DNA of 64,000 nucleotides from a virus (Duplodnaviria; Heunggongvirae; Uroviricota; Caudoviricetes): IMG/VR virus record IMGVR_UViG_2548876947_000004; one strand, 5' to 3'. Shown piece by piece: positions 54,941 to 64,000 of this stretch (position 1 is its first letter; each line of letters starts with the position of its first letter). The notes under the pieces were generated by a model. It saw only the letters and a program-made list of their open reading frames with translations, ran no database searches and was not told where the DNA came from. The position numbers and the translations under genes were made by a program.

Positions 54941-57917
54941 TATTTAGCTCCTTTGCCACACCTAATAACAGTTCCAGCAATCCGTCACCATTCATCAGTG
55001 ATGCGGCAGCGGCCTCTTTGTCATGATACAACTGAAGAGCCATAGAGAATACTTCCGTTGCTGACGTTTTGGAAATAGTCGGTGATTTCTGCCGAATTTT
55101 CCCGGTGTTACTTACTGAGGCTGGCGGGTATACCTTCGCCATATAAATATTACTCAATCGAGATCTGAAGCACCATTCAGGCTTGCCACGCCCACCGATA
55201 TTAACGAAAGATGGCTTATCCCCTTCAACATTGGCCTTCAGGAATGACCGGGCTTTCTCTAACAAACCAGGGTTACTGTACTCAAGATGATGACCCAGCT
55301 CGTGCCACAGTGCACTTGCATTTTCATCGTTCAAATTGACAGCAACAACACCATTAAGATTTGCATATGCCCTTCCCTGGTGGTGAACCACCTTTGATAA
55401 GGTCGAAATTTTACCGCCGGTCAGGCGATAAATATCAGCAAGTTCCTTGCGCAGGTCTATCCCACCATTCTGTCCAGCGCGGGCTTCTTCCACTTCTTCT
55501 GTGATAAAAGAGTCGGCCCACTCAAGAGCTTTTTCTTCAGATACGGATGAGTTTGCGATCGCACTGTTCATGGCAGATAACACTTTCTCGTGGACCGAAC
55601 CCATACTTCGCTGATTCATTTGCCAGCGTGTCTGCGGGTTATATGAGAATCGCTTAAGTAGTTGGTCAAGCTGCTCAAGTTCTTCTTCACTGACATACCT
55701 TTTAGCCTCACCAATAATGCCAGGGAGAATATTGCCGTTAGGATTAAACGCTCGCGAAAGGAAGAGTTTCAGTGCCCCCATGCCCTCCGATGCTTCAATA
55801 TCACCAATAACCCGGTTAACAATGGCCGCACTCTTCGGATTAGCATCCGCCAACGCTCTGGCTACGATTTGCAGGGACGATACGACCTCACGCTGCATAT
55901 CAGTCCTGATCTCATCAATAAACTCTGGCGTTATGCCGTGCTCTTTAAGGATATCCCTGCCTTCCGCCGTTACCCCATCGATATCACCGACATGTTTATT
56001 AACACGACTTTGCAATGCCTTAAATGCCTTCAGAATTCCACGGGCATCATCAGCTTTACTAACGGCCTTCCTGAATGCTGGCAAGAAGTCAGAGTTAACC
56101 TCATTTTGTTGATCGGCCCACTGAATGGAGGCTTCTTTCATCTCGTCCAGAGCCAGATCACCGAACGCGGTATGGTCTGTGAATATGAGCGACAACCTCT
56201 GAACCATTTCTGCCAATGGTGATGCCGAATGCGCCGCGCTAAGGAATGCTTTCACCCTGGTTGGGCGAATGGAAAACCAGTCAATAGCTGGTGGCATATC
56301 TCCGTTTTTTATCGCCTGCGCTATCTCGTCAAAGCCATCGCGCCCAAGGGAGGATGCGTGATTTAACAAGCCGCGAAGTAACGAATTGCTGATACCGAAT
56401 AATCGGCACCATTTTTTCACGTCGGCAACAGGCATTCGGACAAAATGCGCAAGCACTTGAACAAGCTGTTCATCCTGGGGATCTGTACGGGAAAGCAGCC
56501 TGATCAGATGAATAATGTCTTTGATGCCGGATGCCCGATGTAATAGCAAGCTGGTATATGGAGCAACACCGTTGTAACTACCGCCAGAAGCTGACTCGAA
56601 AAGACCGCCAGATATCCCTTGCATACCTTCGTTTTCCAGTTCCTGAGATACTTGGCGAAGGATATCCTGTAACGACACATCGCCGCCGCCAAACATATCC
56701 CCGAGCGCCTGGCCCTGGTGCTGTAACTCATCATTGATACGTTGCGCCATCAACTTAAAGGCGGTGGCCATACGCTTCGCGCTACGGTTATTCGCGACGA
56801 TGAACAACGCGAGTGCTTTCACTTCCGGGGCCGTTTCGCTGAACATATCCCCCTGAGCAATAACATCGGTAATATGCTGGCCTGACTCCTTCGATTGCCT
56901 TACCAGGTCTACCGCATCTTTCAATGCCGCCAGTGCCTTTTTATCGAGGCTATCCGCTGTCTCAATGCCATCAACAATAGTTGTCACAGCCTGCTTGTGC
57001 GCTTCTCCTGATAAAGCCTGCATCTGGACAAAATCATTGGCTGCCGCATTAAGCGCCGTCAGAACATTACGCATATCCGGATCAGGTTCTTCTGCAACCA
57101 TCCTTACCAGGCGCGCATCCTTATATGCCTTGGCAAAGATAGCGTTTTGTATACGGTCAACAAGTTGCCGTGTTGGTCGCCCATCTTCAGTTACAAGGCC
57201 AGCCGCCTGTGTGGCACCAACTTGCGTCATAAATCCGCGAATAAACGCGTCATTACTGCGGCTAAGCAGATCTCCGCTTTCTGACGGATTAAACAGCGCC
57301 ATCATCGCCGGTGTTATGCTGTCGGCATCAACAAAAGCCTTTTCACTGGCTGCCATTTCCTGAAGATCAGAAATATTTGAGTCCTTGGCAAACTGAACGC
57401 GGTCAACCTTAGTTAACCGGCGGCGCACCAGTACCGGAGCCGTCATTGATTCAACCTTTTCAGGACGTATGCCGAATTCGGTCGCATGTTCAATCAGGTA
57501 CTCCCGATACCGATCCGCATTACCGTCCTGATAGGCTTTAATGATCCCCATGGTCCGTCCATTACCTGACTCAACGGCATTGTCCTCACCAATTATCGGC
57601 GCGCCATGGCTGGATAAACCGGAATCGGTAAGCTGAGCAGGCCGCAAATCTTTGGATATCTGGTTAACCTGAAGAAGGCTGGATGCGCGGGTCCGGTCGC
57701 GCGGTTGAAGTTCCTGGGGATAGTCAGGATTAATTTTCCCATCCAGAGTATTGGATACCAAAAGAGCTGAGGCATCGACGATATCAAATGCTGTTTTTAC
57801 CTCGTCTCCCTTCGCTGTCACCACATACGAAACCCGCCCGTAATCGGGCAGGTTCTTTAGCAGCTCGATCAGCGTTTCTATGCTGGTGGCCATTACCACC
57901 TGATCGCTTAAGCTCAT
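54930..57917 (-). CDS. Large virion-associated protein of the DarA operon (ddrB-like)
   Basis: 995-aa ORF downstream of the darA-like and ddrA-like genes; assignment by size and synteny. Confidence 0.55.
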   Translation of the reverse strand: MSLSDQVVMATSIETLIELLKNLPDYGRVSYVVTAKGDEVKTAFDIVDASALLVSNTLDGKINPDYPQELQPRDRTRASSLLQVNQISKDLRPAQLTDSGLSSHGAPIIGEDNAVESGNGRTMGIIKAYQDGNADRYREYLIEHATEFGIRPEKVESMTAPVLVRRRLTKVDRVQFAKDSNISDLQEMAASEKAFVDADSITPAMMALFNPSESGDLLSRSNDAFIRGFMTQVGATQAAGLVTEDGRPTRQLVDRIQNAIFAKAYKDARLVRMVAEEPDPDMRNVLTALNAAANDFVQMQALSGEAHKQAVTTIVDGIETADSLDKKALAALKDAVDLVRQSKESGQHITDVIAQGDMFSETAPEVKALALFIVANNRSAKRMATAFKLMAQRINDELQHQGQALGDMFGGGDVSLQDILRQVSQELENEGMQGISGGLFESASGGSYNGVAPYTSLLLHRASGIKDIIHLIRLLSRTDPQDEQLVQVLAHFVRMPVADVKKWCRLFGISNSLLRGLLNHASSLGRDGFDEIAQAIKNGDMPPAIDWFSIRPTRVKAFLSAAHSASPLAEMVQRLSLIFTDHTAFGDLALDEMKEASIQWADQQNEVNSDFLPAFRKAVSKADDARGILKAFKALQSRVNKHVGDIDGVTAEGRDILKEHGITPEFIDEIRTDMQREVVSSLQIVARALADANPKSAAIVNRVIGDIEASEGMGALKLFLSRAFNPNGNILPGIIGEAKRYVSEEELEQLDQLLKRFSYNPQTRWQMNQRSMGSVHEKVLSAMNSAIANSSVSEEKALEWADSFITEEVEEARAGQNGGIDLRKELADIYRLTGGKISTLSKVVHHQGRAYANLNGVVAVNLNDENASALWHELGHHLEYSNPGLLEKARSFLKANVEGDKPSFVNIGGRGKPEWCFRSRLSNIYMAKVYPPASVSNTGKIRQKSPTISKTSATEVFSMALQLYHDKEAAAASLMNGDGLLELLLGVAKELNNAD

Positions 57918-57929
57918 CCCTGTTACGCC

Positions 57930-59265
57930 TTATCCTATGTGCCGCCCCCCCAGACTCCTCATGGTGGGTATATAAGGCACAGTTTTCCTCCCGACTATTT
58001 TTGCTTAAAATAGTGACATGAAACAACAGTTGTCATTCAAATTCCGGTTAAGACCAGATGGTCAACAGGAGCGTCAAATGAGCCGCTTTGCCGGAGCTTG
58101 TCGTTTCGTTTTCAACCGTGCTCTAGCGCTTCAGAATGAGAATCATGAGGCCGGTAATAAATACATCCCTTACGGGAAAATGGCCTCCTGGCTGGTTGAG
58201 TGGAAAAACGCCACTGAAACGCAATGGCTTAAAGATTCGCCCTCACAGCCATTGCAACAGTCACTGAAAGACCTTGAGCGGGCTTACAAAAACTTCTTCC
58301 AGAATCGGGCTGCTTTTCCCCGATTCAAAAAGCGGGGACAGAATGATGCATTCCGCTACCCGCAGGGCGTTAAGCTCGATCAGGAAAACAGCCGTATTTT
58401 TCTGCCGAAACTGGGCTGGATGCGCTACCGGAATAGCCGTCAGGTCACGGGTGTTGTGAAAAATGTCACGGTCAGCCAGTCCTGCGGTAAGTGGCACATC
58501 AGTATTCAGACAGAAAGTGAAGTATCAACTCCGGTTCACCCTTCAGCATCAATGGTCGGGCTGGATGCTGGCGTGGCTAAACTCGCCACGCTGTCAGATG
58601 GCACGGTCTTTGAGCCTGTAAACAGTTTTCATAAAAACCAGAAGAAGCTGGCGAGACTTCAGCGACAGTTAAGCCGCAAGGTCAAATTCAGCAACAACTG
58701 GCAGAAGCAGAAACGCAAAATACAGCAACTGCATTCCCGTATCGCAAATATCCGCAGAGACTACCTTCATAAAGTCACAACGATCATCAGCAAAAACCAC
58801 GCAGTGATTGTCATTGAGGATTTGAAGGTTAAACACATGTCAAAGTCAGCGGCGGGTACGATAAGTCAGCCGGGGCGCAATGTCCGGGCAAAATCAGGTT
58901 TAAACCGTTCGATACTGGATCAGGGCTGGTATGAAATGCGCCGCCAGCTTGAGTACAAGCAGCTCTGGCGTGGCGGTCAGGTACTGGCAGTGCCGCCAGC
59001 GTACACAAGCCAGCGTTGCGCGTGCTGTAGCCATACAGCGAAAGAAAACCGCCTGTCACAAAGTAAATTCGTGTGTCGGGCTTGTGGATATACAGCGAAC
59101 GCCGATGTAAACGGCGCTCGTAACATTTTAGCGGCGGGGCACGCCGTGCTTGCCTGTGGAGGGATGGTGCAGTCAGACCGCCCGTTGAAGCAGGAACCCT
59201 CCGAAATGATTCAGGCGACAGCCTGAACATAGCAGGAATCCACACCCCGAAGAGCGTGGAGGATG
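57930..59265 (+). mobile_element. TnpB-only IS200/IS605-family (IS1341-like) element; ends approximate
   Basis: Single tnpB ORF with about 90 bp 5' and 40 bp 3' flanks inserted between ddrB and ddrA; no tnpA nearby. Confidence 0.6.
58018..59226 (+). CDS. tnpB: TnpB (RuvC-like, RNA-guided nuclease family) of IS200/IS605
   Basis: RuvC-I GLDAGV, Ruv[11 protein letters not shown], zinc finger CACCSH...CRACG, Ruv[14 protein letters not shown]. Confidence 0.9.
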   Translation: MKQQLSFKFRLRPDGQQERQMSRFAGACRFVFNRALALQNENHEAGNKYIPYGKMASWLVEWKNATETQWLKDSPSQPLQQSLKDLERAYKNFFQNRAAFPRFKKRGQNDAFRYPQGVKLDQENSRIFLPKLGWMRYRNSRQVTGVVKNVTVSQSCGKWHISIQTESEVSTPVHPSASMVGLDAGVAKLATLSDGTVFEPVNSFHKNQKKLARLQRQLSRKVKFSNNWQKQKRKIQQLHSRIANIRRDYLHKVTTIISKNHAVIVIEDLKVKHMSKSAAGTISQPGRNVRAKSGLNRSILDQGWYEMRRQLEYKQLWRGGQVLAVPPAYTSQRCACCSHTAKENRLSQSKFVCRACGYTANADVNGARNILAAGHAVLACGGMVQSDRPLKQEPSEMIQATA

Positions 59266-59631
59266 TCACGCTGCCTCTTTAATGTTGGCGGCTATCCATG
59301 CCGCCGTGTGCTGTTTAACCTGGTCCAGGTCGATGTATGTGCCAACATATTGACTCAAGTCCTGTAACGTACCGATAAATGCATCAGTGCTCTGATCGAC
59401 GAATTTATCAGCCAGGAAATCAGCAACCAGTTTTGGCACACCATCATGTTCCGAAGGTTGTTTCTCCTCGCCACTACCGCCGCCAGACGCGCCGTACCCC
59501 ATCTGTTGCATGATCTGGTCAATTTCATCGCTGATATCCAGCAACTCCATGCCACTCGCGGTAGCCGCTTTGGACATCAGAGCATCCAACTTATCGCTGA
59601 GATCCATTAACTCAATAGCTGATAGTGTCAT
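59266..59631 (-). CDS. Small protein downstream of the darA-like gene (ddrA position)
   Basis: 121-aa ORF overlapping the darA-like stop by 4 nt; its stop lies in a hairpin at the IS edge. Confidence 0.45.
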   Translation of the reverse strand: MTLSAIELMDLSDKLDALMSKAATASGMELLDISDEIDQIMQQMGYGASGGGSGEEKQPSEHDGVPKLVADFLADKFVDQSTDAFIGTLQDLSQYVGTYIDLDQVKQHTAAWIAANIKEAA

Positions 59632-61547
59632 GCCGCTACCCCCGCTTTCTGGATTGCTACCAGCAGATCAGCCAGGTGGCGAGCAGCGCCATTAACCAGC
59701 TCTTCGTTTTCCTCAAAACGCCCGGCAGCCTGAAGGGCTGCAATCGCTTCCCGGACATTACCCCGGGCGTTACGGATCTCCGCCATGTCAGTGCTTTGCA
59801 TATCCATCACGTTATTGAGATATTCAATGGCTTTATTAGCCTCTGCATCTGCTTCGCTAACCGTTTCATCAGGCTGTACCGTGGCCGGTTCTGGTTGAGT
59901 AATCTGACCGACTTCGGCCTGCAATGCATTGATCATGCTCTGCACCATTTTCTCGGTGCCAGCGCCCCCCGGAAACGCAATATTGGGGAAAGTTTTTTGA
60001 AACTGAGTTTTCAGCATTACGCGGAACTCGTCTGGTGAGCTGGTGGCCAGCTCCAGAGCTTTTTGTGCATATTTGCCAAACGGACCATTAGTAAGTGTCT
60101 TCGCAAGGAAGTCGAAAGAATCCTCGCGAGGCAATAACTTCAGGTCGTACTCACTCATTTGCTGATCAGAAAGCGGGGTATCGTAAGTAGCAATGCCGTA
60201 GCGTGCATATTCATAATACGGATCACCTTCATCAGGGCGCGGCAGAATCGCTTTGTTACCTTCAGGTATTGCGCCAGGGGCCGCCGGACGCATTTGCAGG
60301 GCATATCGATATGCACCTACAGAGACTTCTGGTTCAGGCGAAGAGCTACCGGTATCCTCCGCTGGTTCAGGTTCGACGTTTTCCGGTTTATGTTCTTCTG
60401 GTTGGACCAGATATTCCGATACATTACCCGCTTTATAGGCTTTAAACAGCTTGCCGATCGCATCTGCCATGTCCACACCCTGTATGGATTTAGCCTTGAT
60501 CATGTATACGCTGCCATCCGGATCGGTTAACTGGATATACCCTTCGCCATCCCCAATGAATTGCTTCATTGATGCACCATTACTGAGCGTCGCTTCCCCG
60601 TCCATATGCATACGATTTTTGATACTGGCAAGGCGATCCGTCAGCGCGCGAGAGTGCCCACCAGTCATCCCCGCTGGAGCAATGGTATCGCGCCCACCAG
60701 TGCGATTGAGCTGATCAATCTCCGCCTGCAAACGCTCATTCTCTTCATAAAGAGAATCCGCTTCCGATGCAACAGCGTTAATTTTCTGCTCCAGATCTAC
60801 CTTCTGCCCTTCTACCGCTGCCACCTGATCCGCGAGGTCGCTCATGGCATCCTCTTTCTGGTCACTGTCAGCCTGTAGTTGGGTTATTTCATCAACCAGG
60901 GCTTTTTTCTTCTTCTGCGCACGCTGGAATTTTGCCGAGTTTTTCTCTGCAAGGTTGGCAAGTTTCATGGTGACCTGCGCCAGCGTCATATCACGTCCAC
61001 TCATCGGAGCAACGGTGTGAGTAACGTCTTTTTTATTCAGTAAGAACTGGAAAGCAACCAGCGTATCGCTATTGGTGATCCGGTTTTCCGCTGTCGGGCT
61101 ATGAAACAGAATGCTGATAGTCTGACCATCACTGAGCGGAATAATGGCTGGCAGGACCGGCAGCCCGTTAACGTTACGTGCCCGGCCAATTTCAGCGCCG
61201 CCGATCGCGCGCGCGCCGCTCTGGGCCACATCCCCCGTTTTATCACTCCCCGCAGAGATTCCGGTACCATTCAGCTTCTGGTTCAATGCCCGGACAAATG
61301 CCTGCATGGTCCGGTGTAACTGCAAACGAGTAGAACTAATCGCCTCCAGTAAATCCGTAGCACACCAGTGGATCGGCGTGTCATAGAAGAACGTAGCCTC
61401 GATTTCCTCCAGGGTGTTGGATTCCGTCATCAGATAGCGGTCCTCACCGGCCATTAATGCGCGATATTCATCATCAGTCACTGGCGGGGGAAGCACGTCA
61501 AGCCCAGGCTTGATCGTCACCCCTTTATTGATATTGAACTGTTCCAT
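59628..61547 (-). CDS. darA: DarA-like internal head protein (defence against restriction)
   Basis: 639 aa, size and operon position as recalled for P1 DarA; Lys-rich coiled segment. Confidence 0.55.
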   Translation of the reverse strand: MEQFNINKGVTIKPGLDVLPPPVTDDEYRALMAGEDRYLMTESNTLEEIEATFFYDTPIHWCATDLLEAISSTRLQLHRTMQAFVRALNQKLNGTGISAGSDKTGDVAQSGARAIGGAEIGRARNVNGLPVLPAIIPLSDGQTISILFHSPTAENRITNSDTLVAFQFLLNKKDVTHTVAPMSGRDMTLAQVTMKLANLAEKNSAKFQRAQKKKKALVDEITQLQADSDQKEDAMSDLADQVAAVEGQKVDLEQKINAVASEADSLYEENERLQAEIDQLNRTGGRDTIAPAGMTGGHSRALTDRLASIKNRMHMDGEATLSNGASMKQFIGDGEGYIQLTDPDGSVYMIKAKSIQGVDMADAIGKLFKAYKAGNVSEYLVQPEEHKPENVEPEPAEDTGSSSPEPEVSVGAYRYALQMRPAAPGAIPEGNKAILPRPDEGDPYYEYARYGIATYDTPLSDQQMSEYDLKLLPREDSFDFLAKTLTNGPFGKYAQKALELATSSPDEFRVMLKTQFQKTFPNIAFPGGAGTEKMVQSMINALQAEVGQITQPEPATVQPDETVSEADAEANKAIEYLNNVMDMQSTDMAEIRNARGNVREAIAALQAAGRFEENEELVNGAARHLADLLVAIQKAGVAA

Positions 61548-61548
61548 G

Positions 61549-62160
61549 TTAATTTCCTGCTTTCAGTTGCTTAAGACGACGTTTGAGTTCGCCATTCCGT
61601 GCCTTTTCGTTATTGAGTCGGCCCGTCTCCTTATCCAGCTTCGCCCGCAAATCAGTGATCTGCTGTTGATTGAAAGACACCGAATTCTGCGCGGACTTAT
61701 AAGCGGCAACCACCTGAGCATTCCGCTGTTTTGCTTCTTGCAGGCGCTGAAAGTTGGATTTTACTGCCGGTTTCTTGTCTACCGGATTGGCAACACGTTT
61801 CGCTTTGGCGATCAGTGATTTCTGGAATTTTGCGGAGTTTTTGCGGGCCGCTTGCCCCATGACGGTACCAAGCGTCTTGATATCCGGCGACTGAGCGTTA
61901 GGAATAGCTTTTCCATTTAGCTTCACAGACGATATATCGCCAGTATCGTTTACCTGTATGGCAAGAATTTGTCCGTCGTTAAGAACCAGCTTTGCGGTTT
62001 TAACTTTAACGCCATCTTTCGTTGTTGCGCGGTTGCTGGAGTCAACCTCAATTACCGTAACACCGGTTTTATTGATCGCCGCGATAAGGGATTTCAGCCC
62101 CTTTTCATTAACCTGGTCAAAATCGACCGTTGCATACTTATTTTTCGTCATCTGACACAT
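61549..62160 (-). CDS. Hypothetical protein upstream of the darA-like gene
   Basis: 203-aa ORF; shares KNSAKFQ plus a Lys-rich stretch with the DarA-like protein. Confidence 0.5.
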   Translation of the reverse strand: MCQMTKNKYATVDFDQVNEKGLKSLIAAINKTGVTVIEVDSSNRATTKDGVKVKTAKLVLNDGQILAIQVNDTGDISSVKLNGKAIPNAQSPDIKTLGTVMGQAARKNSAKFQKSLIAKAKRVANPVDKKPAVKSNFQRLQEAKQRNAQVVAAYKSAQNSVSFNQQQITDLRAKLDKETGRLNNEKARNGELKRRLKQLKAGN

Positions 62161-62581
62161 CCTGTGCGAGATTTATTACGTAACTTCTGCGGATTTGCTG
62201 AGTAACAGGGAAAATCCGATACAACGGGTTAATGAACGAGTCGCCATGCGTAACCATGACGTTGAAATGCCACAGTCGCTCTCCTTTACCCATATATTCA
62301 GTGGGTATGTACAACCATTCACTGTTTTCGCCCTGTTCAGCCGACGTCAGACAACGTTGTTCGCCTTCAATCACTGTCGTCGGCTTCTGAACATCGCGGA
62401 TCCAATATCTGACCGCTGCGCCGCGCAAAAACGGGAATTTAGACCGGTATTTGAACGGCACCCGGATGAAACCCGGTTTAATTTCCACATCACCAAGTTC
62501 TAAATGCGTGATGTCCTTGCGTTTTAGCAAATAGCGATCGGCTAAGGCTAACGCAAGAACGCATACACCCCAGCCAATCAT
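62138..62581 (-). CDS. Probable antiholin (lydB position)
   Basis: 147-aa ORF overlapping the holin-like gene by 4 nt. Confidence 0.45.
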   Translation of the reverse strand: MIGWGVCVLALALADRYLLKRKDITHLELGDVEIKPGFIRVPFKYRSKFPFLRGAAVRYWIRDVQKPTTVIEGEQRCLTSAEQGENSEWLYIPTEYMGKGERLWHFNVMVTHGDSFINPLYRIFPVTQQIRRSYVINLAQDVSDDEK

Positions 62582-62907
62582 TTCCCGCCTCCCTTTTTCA
62601 CCAAACTTGTAAGAACATTCAGAATGCTATCGATATTCACTCGTTTCATCCCTGAAATCACCTCATGACCGTTATTGCTGGCTATCGTTACCATTAAGTA
62701 CGTAATTGATAACTCCCAGCCCTCGTGTTGCCCCAATAGGTACGCCACCGCGCCAGCTGTCACTGCAACAAAGATCTCCGTAACCAATCCCAACAAATTG
62801 CCAGACTGGCGACCGTCTCGGACATCCATCAGGAACGTGCCTATCCCACCAATTACTGAAAGCAGGAGCGCAATAGCAACTGGAGCTAATTCCTGTGTGT
62901 CAAGCAC
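62578..62907 (-). CDS. Holin-like membrane protein (lydA position)
   Basis: 109 aa with hydrophobic helices and a charged C-terminal tail (KKGGGK). Confidence 0.55.
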   Translation of the reverse strand: MLDTQELAPVAIALLLSVIGGIGTFLMDVRDGRQSGNLLGLVTEIFVAVTAGAVAYLLGQHEGWELSITYLMVTIASNNGHEVISGMKRVNIDSILNVLTSLVKKGGGK

Positions 62908-62974
62908 AAGTTCCCTCCTACGTTGTCAGGAGGTAATGGTATGCAAAGTAACTTCTCAACCGGTCATTTGTTGC

Positions 62975-63325
62975 TTAAGAGGCATTGCTACTGAGGTACG
63001 AATCGATAATCCTTTGTAACTTTTCAAGAATGAGCCTGTTATTGATGCTGCAAATAATAGTCACGCAATTCTGAAGACTTTCATCCATACCCTTATATTC
63101 CGCGAAATACATGCCTATAAAGCCTGCAAGTACGGCAGCAATACACTCGGCCATCAATTGCCTGCATGACGCTTCGTAACGTTTTTCACGAACCCCATTC
63201 AGAAACGAATGCACGCCTCCAAGGATGGTTATAAAAAATATGGTTAAATCAAACATTAAAGTAACCCCGCTTTTCAATAAAACATCATTGGGGCACGGTA
63301 TGCACTTTGTGATTTCCACACACAC
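62975..63325 (-). CDS. Small membrane protein (holin-like)
   Basis: 116-aa ORF with two predicted TM helices; start may be an internal Met. Confidence 0.4.
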   Translation of the reverse strand: MCVEITKCIPCPNDVLLKSGVTLMFDLTIFFITILGGVHSFLNGVREKRYEASCRQLMAECIAAVLAGFIGMYFAEYKGMDESLQNCVTIICSINNRLILEKLQRIIDSYLSSNAS

Positions 63326-63383
63326 TGGTTTCTGTTAATTAAAATCCGCAGCTTGCTATGAATAACTATGGTGAGCAGAAAAT

Positions 63384-63944
63384 ATGCTAATTGGCTATGT
63401 ACGCGTATCAACAAATGAACAAAACACTGCTTTACAACGAAATGCCCTTGAAAGCGCAGGATGTGAGCTAATTTTTGAGGACAAGGCGAGCGGCAAAAAG
63501 GCTGAACGCCCTGGGTTAAAAAAGGTTCTCCGTATGCTTTCCAGAGGTGACACCCTAGTCGTATGGAAGTTAGATCGTCTTGGGCGCAGCATGCGTCACT
63601 TAGTTGTGCTGGTGGAAGAGCTGCGTGACAGAGGCATTAACTTCCGGAGTCTCACTGACTCCATCGACACCAGTACACCAATGGGGCGTTTTTTCTTTCA
63701 CGTAATGGGGGCGCTGGCAGAAATGGAACGTGAGCTTATCGTTGAACGTACACGCGCTGGACTTGATGCAGCTCGCGCAGAAGGTCGTATAGGTGGGCGT
63801 CGGCCTAAATACCAAGAAGAAACATGGCAGCAAATGCGGCGATTGCTCGAGAAGGGCATCCCCCGTAAGCAGGTTGCAATCATCTATGATGTGGCTGTTT
63901 CCACGCTTTATAAGAAGTTTCCGGCGTCATCATTTCAATCCTAA
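63384..63944 (+). CDS. cin: Cin serine DNA invertase
   Basis: Resolvase/invertase N-terminus MLIGYVRVSTNEQ with catalytic Ser, C-terminal HTH; 186 aa. Confidence 0.93.
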   Translation: MLIGYVRVSTNEQNTALQRNALESAGCELIFEDKASGKKAERPGLKKVLRMLSRGDTLVVWKLDRLGRSMRHLVVLVEELRDRGINFRSLTDSIDTSTPMGRFFFHVMGALAEMERELIVERTRAGLDAARAEGRIGGRRPKYQEETWQQMRRLLEKGIPRKQVAIIYDVAVSTLYKKFPASSFQS

Positions 63945-63961
63945 ACCTTGGTTTAAGAGAA
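63936..63961. other. cix crossover site for Cin
   Basis: Imperfect dyad CAATCCTAAACC-TT-GGTTTAAGAGAA overlapping the cin stop. Confidence 0.55.
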
Positions 63962-64000
63962 CTTGGCACAAGCGGTGAAAAGATCCCCCTGTTGAGCACG

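Overview
The window reads as a large contiguous segment of a P1-family temperate phage/phage-plasmid (about 86% coding, calls on both strands). All identifications are from motif reading and recall of P1 proteins and gene order; no database search was run. Landmarks seen directly: an exact loxP site beside a Cre recombinase gene, C1 repressor and Coi, the pacA/pacB packaging genes with the GATC-hexamer pac site inside pacA, phd/doc, humD behind a LexA box, the DnaB-like Ban helicase, three phage tRNAs (Asn, Thr, Ile2/Met), SSB, SAR-endolysin, a DarA-like operon and the Cin invertase with a cix site. About 17 copies of the 17-bp C1 operator (ATTGCTCTAATAAATTT) are scattered at operon starts. 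Five things stand out against this backbone: (1) a single AT-rich SIR2-family gene with its own SD and terminator sits between mat and lxc/ulx, where P1 (from memory) carries its type III res/mod genes - the strongest candidate for an undescribed defence function; (2) the bifunctional C5/N6A methyltransferase gene dmt is interrupted in its catalytic PCQ motif by a 341-aa LAGLIDADG intein; (3) a complete chaperone-usher fimbrial operon (PapB-like regulator, major subunit, usher, chaperone, minor subunit, CPPC DsbA-like protein, adhesin-like protein) with a Pap-type GATC-box switch occupies the ulx-prt interval; (4) a TnpB-only IS200/IS605-type element lies between ddrA and ddrB; (5) an AT-rich zinc-ribbon moron sits near ssb. 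No rRNA or CRISPR array was seen.
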